From Trichinella spiralis (taxonomy: Eukaryota), in assembly GCF_000181795.1 (NCBI RefSeq), contig NW_003526941.1, positions 439,453 through 503,452 of the forward strand: DNA of 64,000 nt, in the 5' to 3' direction. A program made the translations under genes and the position numbers. Shown here piece by piece: positions 13,079-26,748 of this stretch. The notes under the pieces are model-generated. The model was given only the letters and a program-made list of their open reading frames with translations, was not told the DNA's origin and did not search any database. The first letter of the stretch is position 1. Every line of letters starts with the position of its first letter.

Positions 13079-15314
13079 ATTTCACGATTCAGTTTTACAA
13101 ACCACCACCAGTGCCACCTCTGTGTTTATTCCATTCAGTACTTTTGTATTTTCTTTTCAAATTCCTTTCTTCACTATTTCTAATTGAATGATACAATTTA
13201 ATAAAAAAATATCCGCATTTGAAGGCATTTTCTTAAATAAAGCAAACAGCTTTCAAATCAACCGCACATCCTGCTGGGCAGAGTACAATGGCCAAGAAGT
13301 ATCTGTTTCAACTTTAGCCTTTCAACACAGGCCCTGAAGCGAAGAGCGGCACGCGGTCAACAGCGGCTCAACTTTAGCATAGCCATCCGGAAGTGGACCG
13401 CTCAAGACGATTAAGCCAACACTGGTTTCCCTAAACGCCCACTCTGCAGCCGTTAATCCACTGAACACCTGTGCTGTTCAAACGTCATTCGGTGCCGATA
13501 GCTTTCAACTTTTCCCAGGGTAAACTACTTTCAAAAGGTGCACGCACCTCAAGTTCAGCTTATTCATCTGGAATAAGCGATTACTACGATTATTAGCTAT
13601 ATAATGCTGCGTCTACAGTCTGGTCAAAAAGAAATCTACTCTAAATTTCATACTGTTTATCAGCAGGTGGTCAATACGATCATCCGTAATTTTACCATTC
13701 ACTTCTACCAATATTAAATTCAAGTACAATAATTCAATATTTCCATTGGTGTATTATGAATAGCAAAATAAAGTTTCCCTGTCACTATTTCATTGGAAAT
13801 TGTTTGACAAAAAGTTTAACACTTTACAGCTAACAATCGTTTTTTACACTATTCTTTCCAAAAGTTAATCTTCATCAAACCAGTAAAATTATAACAAACT
13901 TTTACAAGAAAACAATCATTCACCAGCAAAATATATACATTTACACTTCAATTATTATCAGTAGACTATCACCGTGAAAATATTAATATAAAAAATATAC
14001 TGAATGTTGAAATTTCAGTGAACTACGCTATGTCTATATATATGTATATATATAGTCATTTTGAAAATAGTTAACCTCATTCGACCCTTGAGAAAGAAAT
14101 TAATCTAGAACCAATTCAACAGAGTTGAAACAATATAAATGGAAGAGTGAAAGATGTTTGATTTGCATAGAATTGTAGGTGTGAAATGACCGCCTGTGGA
14201 TCTGTAACAAAGTTCACTACTTGAACAAACGTTGACTGAACACAAGTGTGAATAGGTGACATGGTGATGAGTTGCCTTCTCAGTTTTCAACTTTTCATTG
14301 TTTTCCTTTGCTAGATCTTCTTATTCTCAAGGTTCAAAGCTGTTGGCTTCGTCAAAGTTAGCAACTTAATTAGAACCACAGCTTGATTAAAATCACAACG
14401 ACGATTGGTGTCAAAATCAATGGACAAGCTATACAACTGCTTCACTAGCACCCCGCCGGCGACCTGACTGGTCAGTTTTTACGACTGACCGTGTCGTTTT
14501 ACCGTCGACCATTTATCATTTTGTTAACGACAAATGTTTCTGACCTTATCGGTTCATTTCATGGCCCAGTGGATGGTCGAATTCAGATGTCCAGTTGGTC
14601 ACTTTTCAACGGTCCAACAACGGAAACAACAATGCTCAAATTGGACAATTCTCGTCCTTGACTATTCTTGTGCAAGAATTCGTGGTTCAACGAAAAAGCA
14701 TCTTGCATCGCCCGTTAAACTAAACGCGACAAATAACAAGAAGACCAGTTGAAGCGGAAACATTTGGTCTGAAAACGATACCCCCTAAGGTGTGACCGCC
14801 GTTACGTTTCTTGACCATAGCTGAGTCATAACCAATAATCGGATAAGAGGGTGCCAAATGTCCGTCATCGGTCAAGGTGTCCGTTGGGGAGGAGTAAGAA
14901 GTTACGTGAATGGCCGAGGCGGCGAAGCGCACACAATCACTCTTAGCAGGGGTCAATTAGCCTTTTTGCATAACGGGAAATTATGCCAGTCTAACTCGCG
15001 CCATAAGCGTTAATCTGATTACAAACGGAAACGTTCCGCTGCTATCCACTGACCACTTGACTTTGCAAAGCTAAACACCGACGACAAACTCAATAACAAT
15101 GATTCATTTCTTTGATTCACGCAACCTAATCAACCTTGTTCCAGATGGGCTACTCGATCATTTATGCAATCTATTTTCAGTAATCTTTACTACGGGATAT
15201 CGTCTCAAGAGTTTCATAGATGAAAAAGAAAAAAAAATAAAAAAGTAAAATAACATCTATCACGGAGCTATTTCTGATCTGTTATAAATAAAAAACAATT
15301 CCATCTATTAATTA

Positions 15315-15334
15315 CACACACACACACACACACA
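15315..15334. repeat. (CA)n microsatellite
   Basis: Direct inspection. Confidence 0.9.
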
Positions 15335-15681
15335 TATGTATATATACAGTTTCTTTTCCTTTAAATTAAAAGGTAATAAAACGCATATATTGATCAATAG
15401 AAAATTTACATACTTGTACATGGATGCAAATGCTTGAAAAATTAAAACAAATCAACTGAAGTGACGAATGGATTTTTCATTGAAAAAGTGCACGCTTGAA
15501 AAGCAGAAAAGCGTTAAAAACGCTATTAGAATTTTTTTTTCAATAATTCAATAACTCAAATAATTTTTCACCCAAATTTCACAAATAAATAACAAAAACA
15601 GCAATGACAAAAAAAACAAAGCTTCGATGAGGTACAGTAAGAAAGAACAAATAAATGCTTTTATTCTTACCAGTAATAAAA

Positions 15682-17087
15682 TTAAATCATATAATTGCGA
15701 AACTTGAAATACAGCGACGACTGTTCACTACGCCAATCTCTTGCATTTGAAGCTGAAACAACTGAAATTACAAATGCATTACTAGATAAAAATTATCACC
15801 ACTAGAAAATTTATTTGCATATTGCGAACTGCTTCCTATCGACAATTTAGGACTTTCGTGAAACCAATGAACAGACTGAAATTTCAAATCATTACATAAA
15901 TACACAAATCATTGCAACAACAGCACTAAATATTGTTAAGATAAAAAAGAAAAGAAATAAAACAGTAAATAATACAATATAAATAGGTTCATAATAACAA
16001 AAGTGAAAAATTTTTTAACTGTGAACAATTATGCATGCGATTTGCTTTTCGCTGTCGCCAAAAATCTATTTGCTTGCACGGAAAGCTAAAACGAAAAATT
16101 TGCATATCATACTGATCTCAAAGCATTCGCTTTCCGCAGCCAATCGTCAAATGGAATGTTCAACCCAGCATTTCGCCACAAATCGTAACTCTTCCTTAGA
16201 TGCGGATCCGTGAGAATTTCTTTTGCTCTACTGAGACGTGCAAAATCCTCATCTAAGAAAAAATAAATAATAATTACGTCCCGTAAATGTACATTTATTT
16301 GTAAAGCTTGCAAATTTAAACAAACTTGCGCTTGCGCTTTTTGAATTTTTATCAGGATGGAGCTTTTTGGCTCGAACGCGAAATTCAGCCACAATCTGTT
16401 CCATCTTGGAGCGGAAAAAAATAATTTTTTCAATACAATAGAAACATCAAAATATATAAAGTAAGCTTTCAAAATGTGATATAAGCAAAAGTTGCACAAA
16501 TTATCGACTATTTTTCATTGCCGGTTAAGAGCAATTAAAGCGAGTAAAAACTGGTCAAAGCAGACGTGTGCATTCTTCGCGTTACTACGTTAACTTAACT
16601 GTCTGTATCAATTCTTTTTTTAAAGCATAATTGTTGTTTGTAGGAAAATTTATTCCAAATATTTAACCAGTTTTATTGTTCGATTATACCAATTATAAGT
16701 GCAAATTAAATTCTTGAGTGACATGTTCACAATCAAATTTCAGTCGATGTGCTTCAAATCAATATATTTTACTTATAAACAGAAGTAAGCATTCATTTTT
16801 ATAGATTAATGTTTACAAATTGGAAAAAATAATCAAACTTAATGCTAACGCTTTATAGACAAAATATATATAATTTCAATTCATTAAAATATTTCACATA
16901 TTCTACAATGAAATCCAACTGTGAAATTTTTTCTGCATTTTTCTTTAAAAAACCCAACTAATAATAATAATAATCTATTTCGCAAATGAAAACATTTTCT
17001 TACTGTTGAAGAAGCATCACAACCAAGAATGTTGTAGTAGTCATCATTAGCACGATTGTACAATATTTTCTGGTTATTATGGAACAT
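15682..17087 (-). CDS. DNAJC12: J-domain protein DNAJC12/JDP1-like (about 5 exons; start uncertain)
   Basis: Spliced: DDYYNILGCDASST|MEQIVAEFRVRAKKLHPDKN...AKEILTDPHLRKSYDLWRNAGLNIPFDDW...SVHW...FKFRNYMI*. It has the HPD motif and a DNAJC12-type FRNYxI C-terminus. Confidence 0.85.
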
Positions 17088-17671
17088 GGAAATAAATTGT
17101 GCACTGCTTTCTTTCTTCGTCTTCAACGTCAATCAGTGATCAATTTCTCTTCTCAATTCAAACTTGTTTACAATTTACAGTAATATGAAGGTTAAGTAAT
17201 AAATAAATACAAATTCAAAATATAATTAAATTAATGAACCAAATCACTTAACCAAAATCAAAGCTTCTTGCATTATCTATTTAGCACTTTAAAAGATTGT
17301 GAAGTGAATTAAAAATTATTATAACAGAAACAATACTGTTGTTGTTGTTGTTGACTTTGAAATAGTCTGCAGAGCAAAATGAAGCAGTCAACAAATTGAA
17401 AAGATGAATAAATCCACGCCATTGCACATACATCGTGTTTTCCCACTGCCTCCACAAAAGCAAAACTAAGATTAAATAAATTGACAAAATTTTACTAAAA
17501 TATTCCATCATAGAACTAACATAATGTAATGTACTTGAGAAAGTCACATTACACATACATGCAGGAAAAGAAACTGGCAATGCGGGGCAGTTGGTACAAA
17601 CAAAGTACAAGAACCATTGAAATTACCCAAAAGAATTTTTACATTACAGGACGAAAGAATCCAAGTGTCCG

Positions 17672-19421
17672 TTATGACCAGAACCATTTTTGACTGTCTA
17701 CTAGTTGGCAAGTGTTAAGAAAAAGTCTGCCAGTGTTATCCGTATCCAAACATAAGTTGGATGCGGTCATTTGCAAGTGCATTGTCGTATTACGGCTGTA
17801 TGTCCAATTTTGATTTCCACCGCCTCCGTGACACGCGAACAAATGAACAGTCTCTCCCGGACCGTGGTTCATCGAATCGAGACAATTCTCTCCGAGTCGT
17901 TGAAAAATCTCTGAACGCCAAGTGAGCACAAATTCTTGACGCTTCAAGTAGTCCTTGCACTGCGAGGTTGTTAGCTCAGTTTGCAACCCCGCATTTTTCA
18001 CATCCATACAACGACCAGTACGCTTATTCTTGATGCGACCCGACATCACATCCGGTGGTTCTACCAGTGGATAATGCTTCGGCTGGTCGAACATAACGTT
18101 CTTCATGAACCAATCGAATCCGTTACATTTAAGACGTTGTCTGACCTCACGTTGTTTAGTCAAATCACCAGGATCAACGTTACGCAAACGCGGCATACGC
18201 AAATACAAGTACTCTTTGTATTCGTCCATCCAAGTCTAAATTTAGAAAAAAACATTCAAGCGTCAATATAAAACAAACCCACCACAACAGTGAAAAAATG
18301 AATAGCAACGAAATTCCACACCTCAGCTACCCGTTTGTAATTTCTTTCCAAAAAATTACCAATGCCGGGGTCTTCGAATGGTGCATATCTGTGAACAGTC
18401 GAAAACAATGCAGCAAAACCAAATCTGCAATTTACGGTGCACCTTACTTGCAACGATATATATGAGCAATACGCGAACAAGGAATGTCAATCATTCTGCC
18501 GTGACACTGCCACAACTTGAAAGATAATTCGTACTGCTCTGCACCCCAAATCATCAGCTGGTCATCATAGCGGCCTAGCTCGTCAAACCAACGTTTGCTG
18601 ATCGCAAAATAGCCGCCGGCCATTACCGGACTTTCGAAAGGTTCAGCGCCGGTTTTGTTCAACAGAGGTAAGCGCTTATAATGGAATTTCCAATCGAACG
18701 AACCACGGGCACCTTCGTCTTGGGCTCTGAATGCAAACGTGTCGCAGTCAATTACGTCAATAAATGGACACGTCACTGTACGATAGTGCAGTTTGATCGG
18801 TTCCAACAATGGCGGAAGCCAATTGTAACCGACTTCACTGTGAGCATCCATGAACATTAAAACTTGACCGGAAGCTTTTGCCGCCCCTAAAACTTTGCTT
18901 TATTCAACTCTCTCCCTCTCTCTGCTATATTGATCAACAAACAACAACACATGCAAGCAACGTTCTTGCCTCTAAGTCTGGCTCGAATCAAACCTTCTCG
19001 ACGACCGTCAGAGCCTGCTCGAATCACATGCACCAAATTTGGAAATTTTCTTTGGACATGCCGTTCCAGTATATCATTCAACTCGGGCTTTGTGCTCGCG
19101 TCGTTCACCAAAATCACTTCCAACAACAGCTCAGGTGGTGTTCGATAAACAATGGTATAAACAGTGCGCAAGAGAACCGACAAATGCTCGTTGTGAAATG
19201 GCAAAATGACGGATGTCGACGGCAGCAGGCGCAAATAGCTCTTTCGTTTGCAATCCACATGCCGAAGGTCCTTTATAGCTCTGTACAAGGAAATTTTATC
19301 GCTCGTCCATCCACTATAACCATTTGCCTTGTACAATCGGTCAAATTCAGCTTTCTCGGCCACACTGCTCGGCAATTCCACAGGATTACCATGTTCACCG
19401 ACACCTGGATAAAATGAAATT

Positions 19422-19465
<44 letters not shown>

Positions 19466-19708
19466 ACATTTATTTAAAAGTAAACTGCATCTGAAAGTGA
19501 AATAAACTACTTTACCACGACGAGCGCGATCGAGCATCATCTGCGTATAATTATGCCAGTCTTTAGAATAACTCACAGGAGCATTTCTGAGACTCAAAAA
19601 TAGCAATGAGTTCCTGAGATCTAAGTTGAAAACAATATAACAAATGAGCAAAATAACCAAAAAATATACAGTTGCCCATTTCACACATCTATTACATCGG
19701 TATACCAT
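17672..19708 (-). CDS. Polypeptide N-acetylgalactosaminyltransferase (GT27, GALNT10/gly-10-like) with ricin-B lectin domain; 5 exons
   Basis: TM anchor, [25 protein letters not shown] (DxH), [19 protein letters not shown] and C-terminal QxW repeats. Confidence 0.93.
19427..19461. repeat. (TA)n microsatellite in GALNT intron 1
   Basis: Direct inspection. Confidence 0.9.
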
Positions 19709-19918
19709 TGAATTCTAAAAATAAAATGTGCCAAAACTGAAAACAAAAAAAATAAATAAATACTTCTGGTATAAGCACGTGAAATTCCACTCATTGTCAG
19801 TAATAAAAAGTAAAATTAAAATATTTTTACTGTATATGCTACAAAGCCAATAGAAATAAACGAATAAATAAATACATGCGCCGGTAAAAAAGAAGTCATG
19901 CATAAAAATTCACTTCAG

Positions 19919-22900
19919 TTATGCAACAATCATTTCTTCATTCAAAATGGTTTCTGAATAATTTGTCAAGTCTAAAGTTAGCAGGCCGCTGGATGCTATT
20001 GAAGAACCAGTCTAAAAACAAAAGTACAAAATAAAACATTGTCAAAGTTACCATATAAACGCATACCACTGAATAAATTCCAATCAACGCATCCGCTTGG
20101 TTGTAGAATTCTTCCTTCAAAGAAATCACAATCAGCTGCATATTGTTTGCCGCTTGTTCACGAATAAATGCAGCTACCTGAAATAAAAAATGTTCATAAC
20201 ACACAGACACACATAAATATATACGAATGAAAATGCAAAATGTATGTAAAACGAACTTTTCCAATATTGGTATTGTCCAGTGCTGCGTCGATTTCATCCA
20301 GTACAAAAAATGGCGCGCGATTGTAGGAATGTATTGCAAAAAGCAACGTCAGTGCGGCTAAAGTCTTCTCACCTCCACTCAAACTATCCATCGGGCGAAA
20401 TCGCTTGCCCGGCGCAACAACACTGAACGAAACACCATCCAAATATGGTTCTTCAGGATTGTCCGCTGTGAGATAAGCTTGAGAGCTGAAATTACGAGAC
20501 AGAGCCTGCAAATAAATACCAAACTTCATAACTACGGATTCTTCATTTTTCCATTTCCAAGTTTACCTTGTAAATTTCATCTATTTTCCCACTGACTTGA
20601 TCAAAACATCTATTGAATCGAGAACATCGCTCTTTTTGTATTATTTCAAATGCCATTTTTGCATTCTTTGCCTTCTTTCGAGCCTGTTCAAATTCCCCTG
20701 AAGTTTCGGCAAAACGTTCACGAACCCCCTCTAATCTACAATACAACGAACAAATTAAAATATTCACATGTATTTTTGAGCCGGAAAAAAGACACACTTT
20801 GCTGACGCTTTAAGATTCGGTGCCGTGATAGTTTGCAAGAAAGCCTGAGTTTCACCGATTTCTTTAAGCAATTTTTCCGCTGCTAACCGCAATTCCGTAT
20901 CGTCAGAGAGCTATAACCAGGATTGAAAAGGAAATTAATAAAACAGTGATGAAATATATCAAATGCTTACTTCCCAATCGTCTGGATTCAATGAACTGAA
21001 ATCGAAGGTAATTTCTGCTTCAAGTTGGTAAAGTTGCCGATTTCCCATAAAGCTAGTTGATGATAATGTCGTTGCACCGTCTTCACTAACGACGCTGCTT
21101 GTTGTGTCAGAGGATTGTGACGAAGCAGTTGTACTGAGAATATCCAAAGAACCACGAATTATTGGCAATGTGATGTTTTCCAATTTGCAAGTTTGCAACA
21201 AAGAATGTCGCTCTGAACGTTTCTGCTCTAGTAAAGTTTCCATTGCCGACGTCTGCTTTTGCACTGAAAGCAATTCCTTCTGTATAGTAGCCAGCTCTTT
21301 TTTCACCTCGTTCAATTCAGCTTCCTTATTTTCCAATTCTACTTTTTTCGTTTGACGCATAGCTTTCAGATCTTTCAACTGTGATTCCAAATCGGCAAGA
21401 AGCTTAAAATAACAACAACACAACAAAATAAAATATATCAATTTTTTTCAAAAAAAAAACAAACTAACTCGAATATGTTCTTGTTCTTCTTTTTTCGCTT
21501 TGATCAATTCTCTCTCTTCTTTATTGCAACTCGCCTCTATTTTCTCTAGCTGTGCTGAAAAAATAAATTAGCATAAATTATTTTTCTACCCAATTCTGCA
21601 ATGCCGGCAGAAATGACAGTACCGCTTTTGTCGTCAGACTTTTGATATTCAAGTTCGTTCTTCAACTTTTCAATCTGATTATCAAATTCCATCATTTTCT
21701 GTTTTTTGTCTTGTTGAAAACGAATTTCCCTCTCTTCGTACTGACTGCAAATCAAACTTATTGAAATCAATATTACAAACAAAATGGAATTCGTGCATAC
21801 CGGATGTTCAGCACACCGATACTTTTACAAAAGTCAGCAAAAACATGATCAGCCACCTGATTCATGCGAGACTGATTTTGCAAAATGTTACTTCGCCTGG
21901 AAGCCATGCGATTTTCAATTTCTTGAATACGAGGACCATATTTATCAGTCTCAGCTTTCAGTTGCATCAGATCAGATTCAAGATTTTTTAACAACCTCGT
22001 TTCCTGAAAAATCATCATAACTTTCTCACTGCTTCGAATTTCTTTGCATAAAATAGTACATACAGTATTTTCTTTATCCGTTAACATGTACTTCATGCGG
22101 GTTTCGAGCTGTTTAACACTGTTCTGCATCAAGCTAATATCCGGTTCTTTTCGCCGTATACGGTGCAATTCTTTTTGTTCTTCAATCAAAGCGGATTTAC
22201 GACTTCGCAAATGAGCCACCGCCTTCTCATCCCATCTTTTCGCTTTGGCTTTTAAATCGCTACACAAAATTCAAAACTTCAAGATTAAAATTTACAAATC
22301 AACTCCGTTACCCTGCGCCTCCGCTAATGATACCAGATTTTTCAAAAACAGTACCATCCAAAGCAACCGCCTAATAATAAAAGCAAAGCGACTGTATTGA
22401 AATAAACAAAACTTACATGGGTGCAGCAACAATACACAGAACAATAATTGGAACAGCAACATCATCATTTTGGAATGAAATGAAAAAAAATAATAGCATT
22501 TTGCTTGTTCAAAACTCACTCTGTGCCTTTCAGCTCCGCTAAATGCCAAATTTCGAGCATCTTCAACAGATTCGCAGACGAGAGAGTTGCCGCATGCAAA
22601 TTGGACAACTCTCCTTATTTGCGGTGGTTCAAATTGAATTACATCAAAAATAAGTTTCACATTGCGCGGTTCACGAAGTTCTCTACAAAATCATGCACAC
22701 ATTGAATATACACATATTTATAAAATGAAATACCCTGATGACTGACCGAAGCTTTTCGTTCAAAGGTTTCACATCTATGTAATCAACTGGTAAAAATGTT
22801 TCCGACTCGATTCTTTGCTCTTTCATATATTGGATGCATTCTTTGGCGGTTTTTTCAGTATCCACAACAATCGCATTCATATATTTACCCAATATCTTGG

Positions 22901-25646
22901 TCACAGCCAACTGATAACGTTTATGAGCTGGCTGACAAAGATCAACAACTCTTCCATACTAAAATTAATAAAATAAAATTACAACTCTATTCTTACTTCG
23001 CATATTTATTTATTGTTGTTCATTGCATTTTTTTCTCAAGAAATAATAAATTAAATTACCACCGTTCCAGTAGAGATGCGTTTCAAATTTTCCACAAGTT
23101 CTTGCTTTTTCACAATTCGTGAATTTTCAGAACTATCAACATTAGCATCATTCAGTTGACGATTTACATCTTCCACTTCGACGATCACTTGTTCTAGACG
23201 CGTTTTCGCCGTCCGCACTTCATCTTCAGTAGAACGTAAACTTGATCGTTGCTCTTCAATTTCATTTTCCGTATTTCTGGAAAAAGAAAAAAAGAAAACA
23301 ATATATGCTCAAAAAATTCAATTCAGCATACTTGATAGTATCGACCAATTTTTCCAAACGCTTTTTCAACGCTTCTAATTCGGATTCTTTTTGCTTAATT
23401 TTTTGACAAAATTCACCATTGCATCTTTTATCGTTGTCCAACAATTCTTGATCCATCTGTTGTTCACGCGCGAGAACATCCAACTCTTGTTGAATAGAAG
23501 CACACTGACGAACCACCTCACCTTTCAAAGAGTTGTACTGAGCAAGCTAAATGGTCACCAAGCAAATGCATAAAAAAATTACACATCACGTCAAAATACA
23601 GAATAAAGTAGAATGGAAATGTTACTTGTTCACTGTCCAGCTGCAGACCTTGACTTTCAGATTCTTGCGTTAGCTGAGCTTCAAAAGCATCTCGTTGTTC
23701 ATTGGCTTCTTTCAATTGTACTTCAAATTGGCGTATAACTTCTTGTTGACGTTCGGCATTTTTCCTAGCAGCTTCGAAAGCTTTGTGAAATGCTTCCAAT
23801 TTTCTCTCCGAATGCCGTACATTTTCCTTCACTTTGATGAAGCTCGGCTTTTCGCGTGTAATTTCAGACTCCTAAACACGCTTTTTCAAACAAACTTCAA
23901 ACATTTTTTCCAATGGGCAATAAAAATTGCACCATTTCGTAAATTTGTTGTTCCAATTTATTGACTTCACGAGTAACTTTGCTGTACACTTTTCGCCTCT
24001 CTTTCAGAACTTCCTCAACTTCACTGCACTTGGTTGCAATTCGACTTTGCTCGCCATGCTTGCCATTCATCTCTCCAAAAATTCTTTTCGATTCTCGATC
24101 ATTGCTGAACAGTTTCATCAAATAATAACGACTCTGCTTTTCCGCCTTCAATTTTCCAAAATAATACTAATATACTAGTCATAATTTCAACAAAATCTTA
24201 CCACAGAATCTTTGAGTTTTTGATATTTTTCCGCTTCTTCTTTTTCCATCTTCGCTGCACGCCTTTTCGCGGCAATATCACGCTTTCTGTGATAATTCAA
24301 CTGAGTATCCTGCTCTGCTCGCATCATTTCTGCTTTCAGTGTTTCATATTCAGCTTTCAATTCCCCAGATCTAAAATATTATAAATTTTCTACTCTGACC
24401 ACTAATGCCATTCAACTGTGTCTGTAATTTATTTCCTCGCTACCGAAAGTAAAATTTCAACTGTACATTGCCTTCAATATGAACTTTTTCAAACATATTT
24501 CATACCTTGATATTTCTTCAAATAACAAAGTACATTCTTTGGGATTCTTCATAGCAATATTTTCTACAGCACCTTGAAATACGAGAAAATTTTTTGCACG
24601 GATAAATATGTTGATGCTTTCTAACGCTTCAGTATATTGCAAATGGCTAACAGTCTACAATTCACCATAACAAATAATTGAATAAAAATGCAACAATTAA
24701 TTAATTCTTACAGCTCCGTCAATACGATATTCTGCGCTGGCACCAGCTACAAGACGCATAAATTTCAAGATACGGCCATCATCATCTTCATAAGTCATCG
24801 CTACGTAACACCTTGTACTGATTGGCTTTCCAACGGGTGCACCATAAATTAAATCCTGGAATGCGAAGCAACCATTATTAAACCTTTCAATTTATCGTGC
24901 TCTGTAATTTATTTAATTTATGTTAACAATATATACAATCAATTTGTAAAATTAATTCTTCAAAATCATCTCAACTATATCACAATACAACAAGAATCCT
25001 GAATTATCAAAAAATAATTACAACAGTCTTCGCATTTAAAAAAATGTAATACTACAATCATAAAAAAGTTTCTAATACAGTTTTATTTTACATTAATTAA
25101 TTGTCTAAAGTTGCATTACACTGAATAACAAATAATTTAATTTACACAGTTTATTTGCTAAGGGAAAAGAGTAAAGTGCAAGTTCACAACCCAGTTTCAA
25201 TTAATACTACATTTCAATTCTTTCCATTCATTGTCTTAGTGTTAAGAAAAATGTAAATCACTCAACATATTAAATAGTTAACTTTAAAGTATTTGAATAA
25301 TTTCGTTTGTCAAATATAATACTAAAAACAGCTGGCACAACAGTTTTATTTATCATTTTTCAATAACATATTCAATCCATTTACTAAAAACTGTGAAGTT
25401 ATATTTCACTTACGCTGATCTTTCTGACACGTAAGCTCGAAGTTTTTTCACCCAGAACAAAGCAAATTGCATCCATAAGATTGGACTTTCCTAAAATGTG
25501 TTCAATAAAACGTGCTGATATGCAAATAATGTCTCACCTGATCCATTTGGGCCGATGATTGCAGTGAATTTTTTGAACGGCCCAATTCTTTGGTAACCTT
25601 TGTAAGATTTAAAGTTTTCAAGTTCTATTTCACGCAAAAAACCCAT
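19919..25646 (-). CDS. SMC1: Cohesin subunit SMC1 (about 22 exons)
   Basis: [17 protein letters not shown]...[16 protein letters not shown] (Walker A), hinge region, LSGGEK signature and [12 protein letters not shown] (Walker B). All introns I traced are GT-AG and in frame. Confidence 0.96.
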
Positions 25647-26748
25647 ATTTTAAGTATATGAAATGCAAAATTCTAAATTACATACAATTTTACTTGTCAT
25701 ACAAGTATAAATAGAAATGCAAAATATTAGTAGCATTAAAATATGTAAAACAACTTCGCTGGACAGCAATACAGCTGTATTATCAATTCAACAAATCGGA
25801 AATGAAATGAAATAAAATAAAATAATATTTAATATAATATAAAATGAAATATAAAGCGATGCTTTTATTTCGGCATGCATAAGAAAGTGACCAAGATCAA
25901 GAACAAAGTAGCTAATAAATGCAAAGCAATAATAAATAGCAAACATGCATAGGACTGTTATATACCAAGTTGTTTTAAAAATGTGGACTTTATGATCACT
26001 CAAAAGTCGATTAACAATTTTTGAAATAAGTTCTTACCCGCTTTCAGCTTAATGATCAGGTTAGTTGTCCTTTTCTTAGTAGTATACAGAAATATAAGAA
26101 ATACACATTGACTCACGTTAAAGAAAAAGTATTTCAAATCTTACTGTAGAATAATTGTATGTCCAGGTTATCATAAAATAATAATCAAGGTTTATTAATT
26201 TAAGCTACTGGAGAATTTTAACTAAAAGCATTAATTTAAATTATATAAATTGAAATAAAAGTATTTTGAATTTTAGATATAGGATAAATTTTTTAACTCA
26301 GTAAAAAAATAAGTAATAATATAATAAAATTTTATTTTTAAAATATATGCATGAATGCGGCTACATTTTTTTCAAATAAAGTAATTATTTCCATATTGAT
26401 CGATACTTTTCTCACTGGCAGTACCAAAATATAAAATTAAATCATTCAAAATGGAAAAATTAATTCGAACGCAGATAGATACCATTTTCAAAAATGCTTA
26501 TAACGCATATAGTACTGCCAAAGCATTAATGAAAGTGTAAAAAAATTTTCTGAATCACAGTTTTATAATTTTTAATATAGGCAAACTATACATTCCAAAA
26601 ATGAAACAATTCATTAATACAATTTTAAATCAAATAGCATTTTTAAATTGCGTGCTCATGAGTAACATTTCAAAAAGCCACACAGAATGCTTTTCAATAT
26701 AAAACTGCATCAGTCAATTATTTCATAACTTTATTGTTTTCTTTAGAT

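Noticed and set aside
18236..18321. GALNT intron begins GTG TGG (V-W), mimicking the family consensus RVAEVWMDEY
   Set aside because: The next exon supplies T-W-M-D-E-Y in frame, and a 6-nt coincidence that includes the obligatory GT is uninformative.
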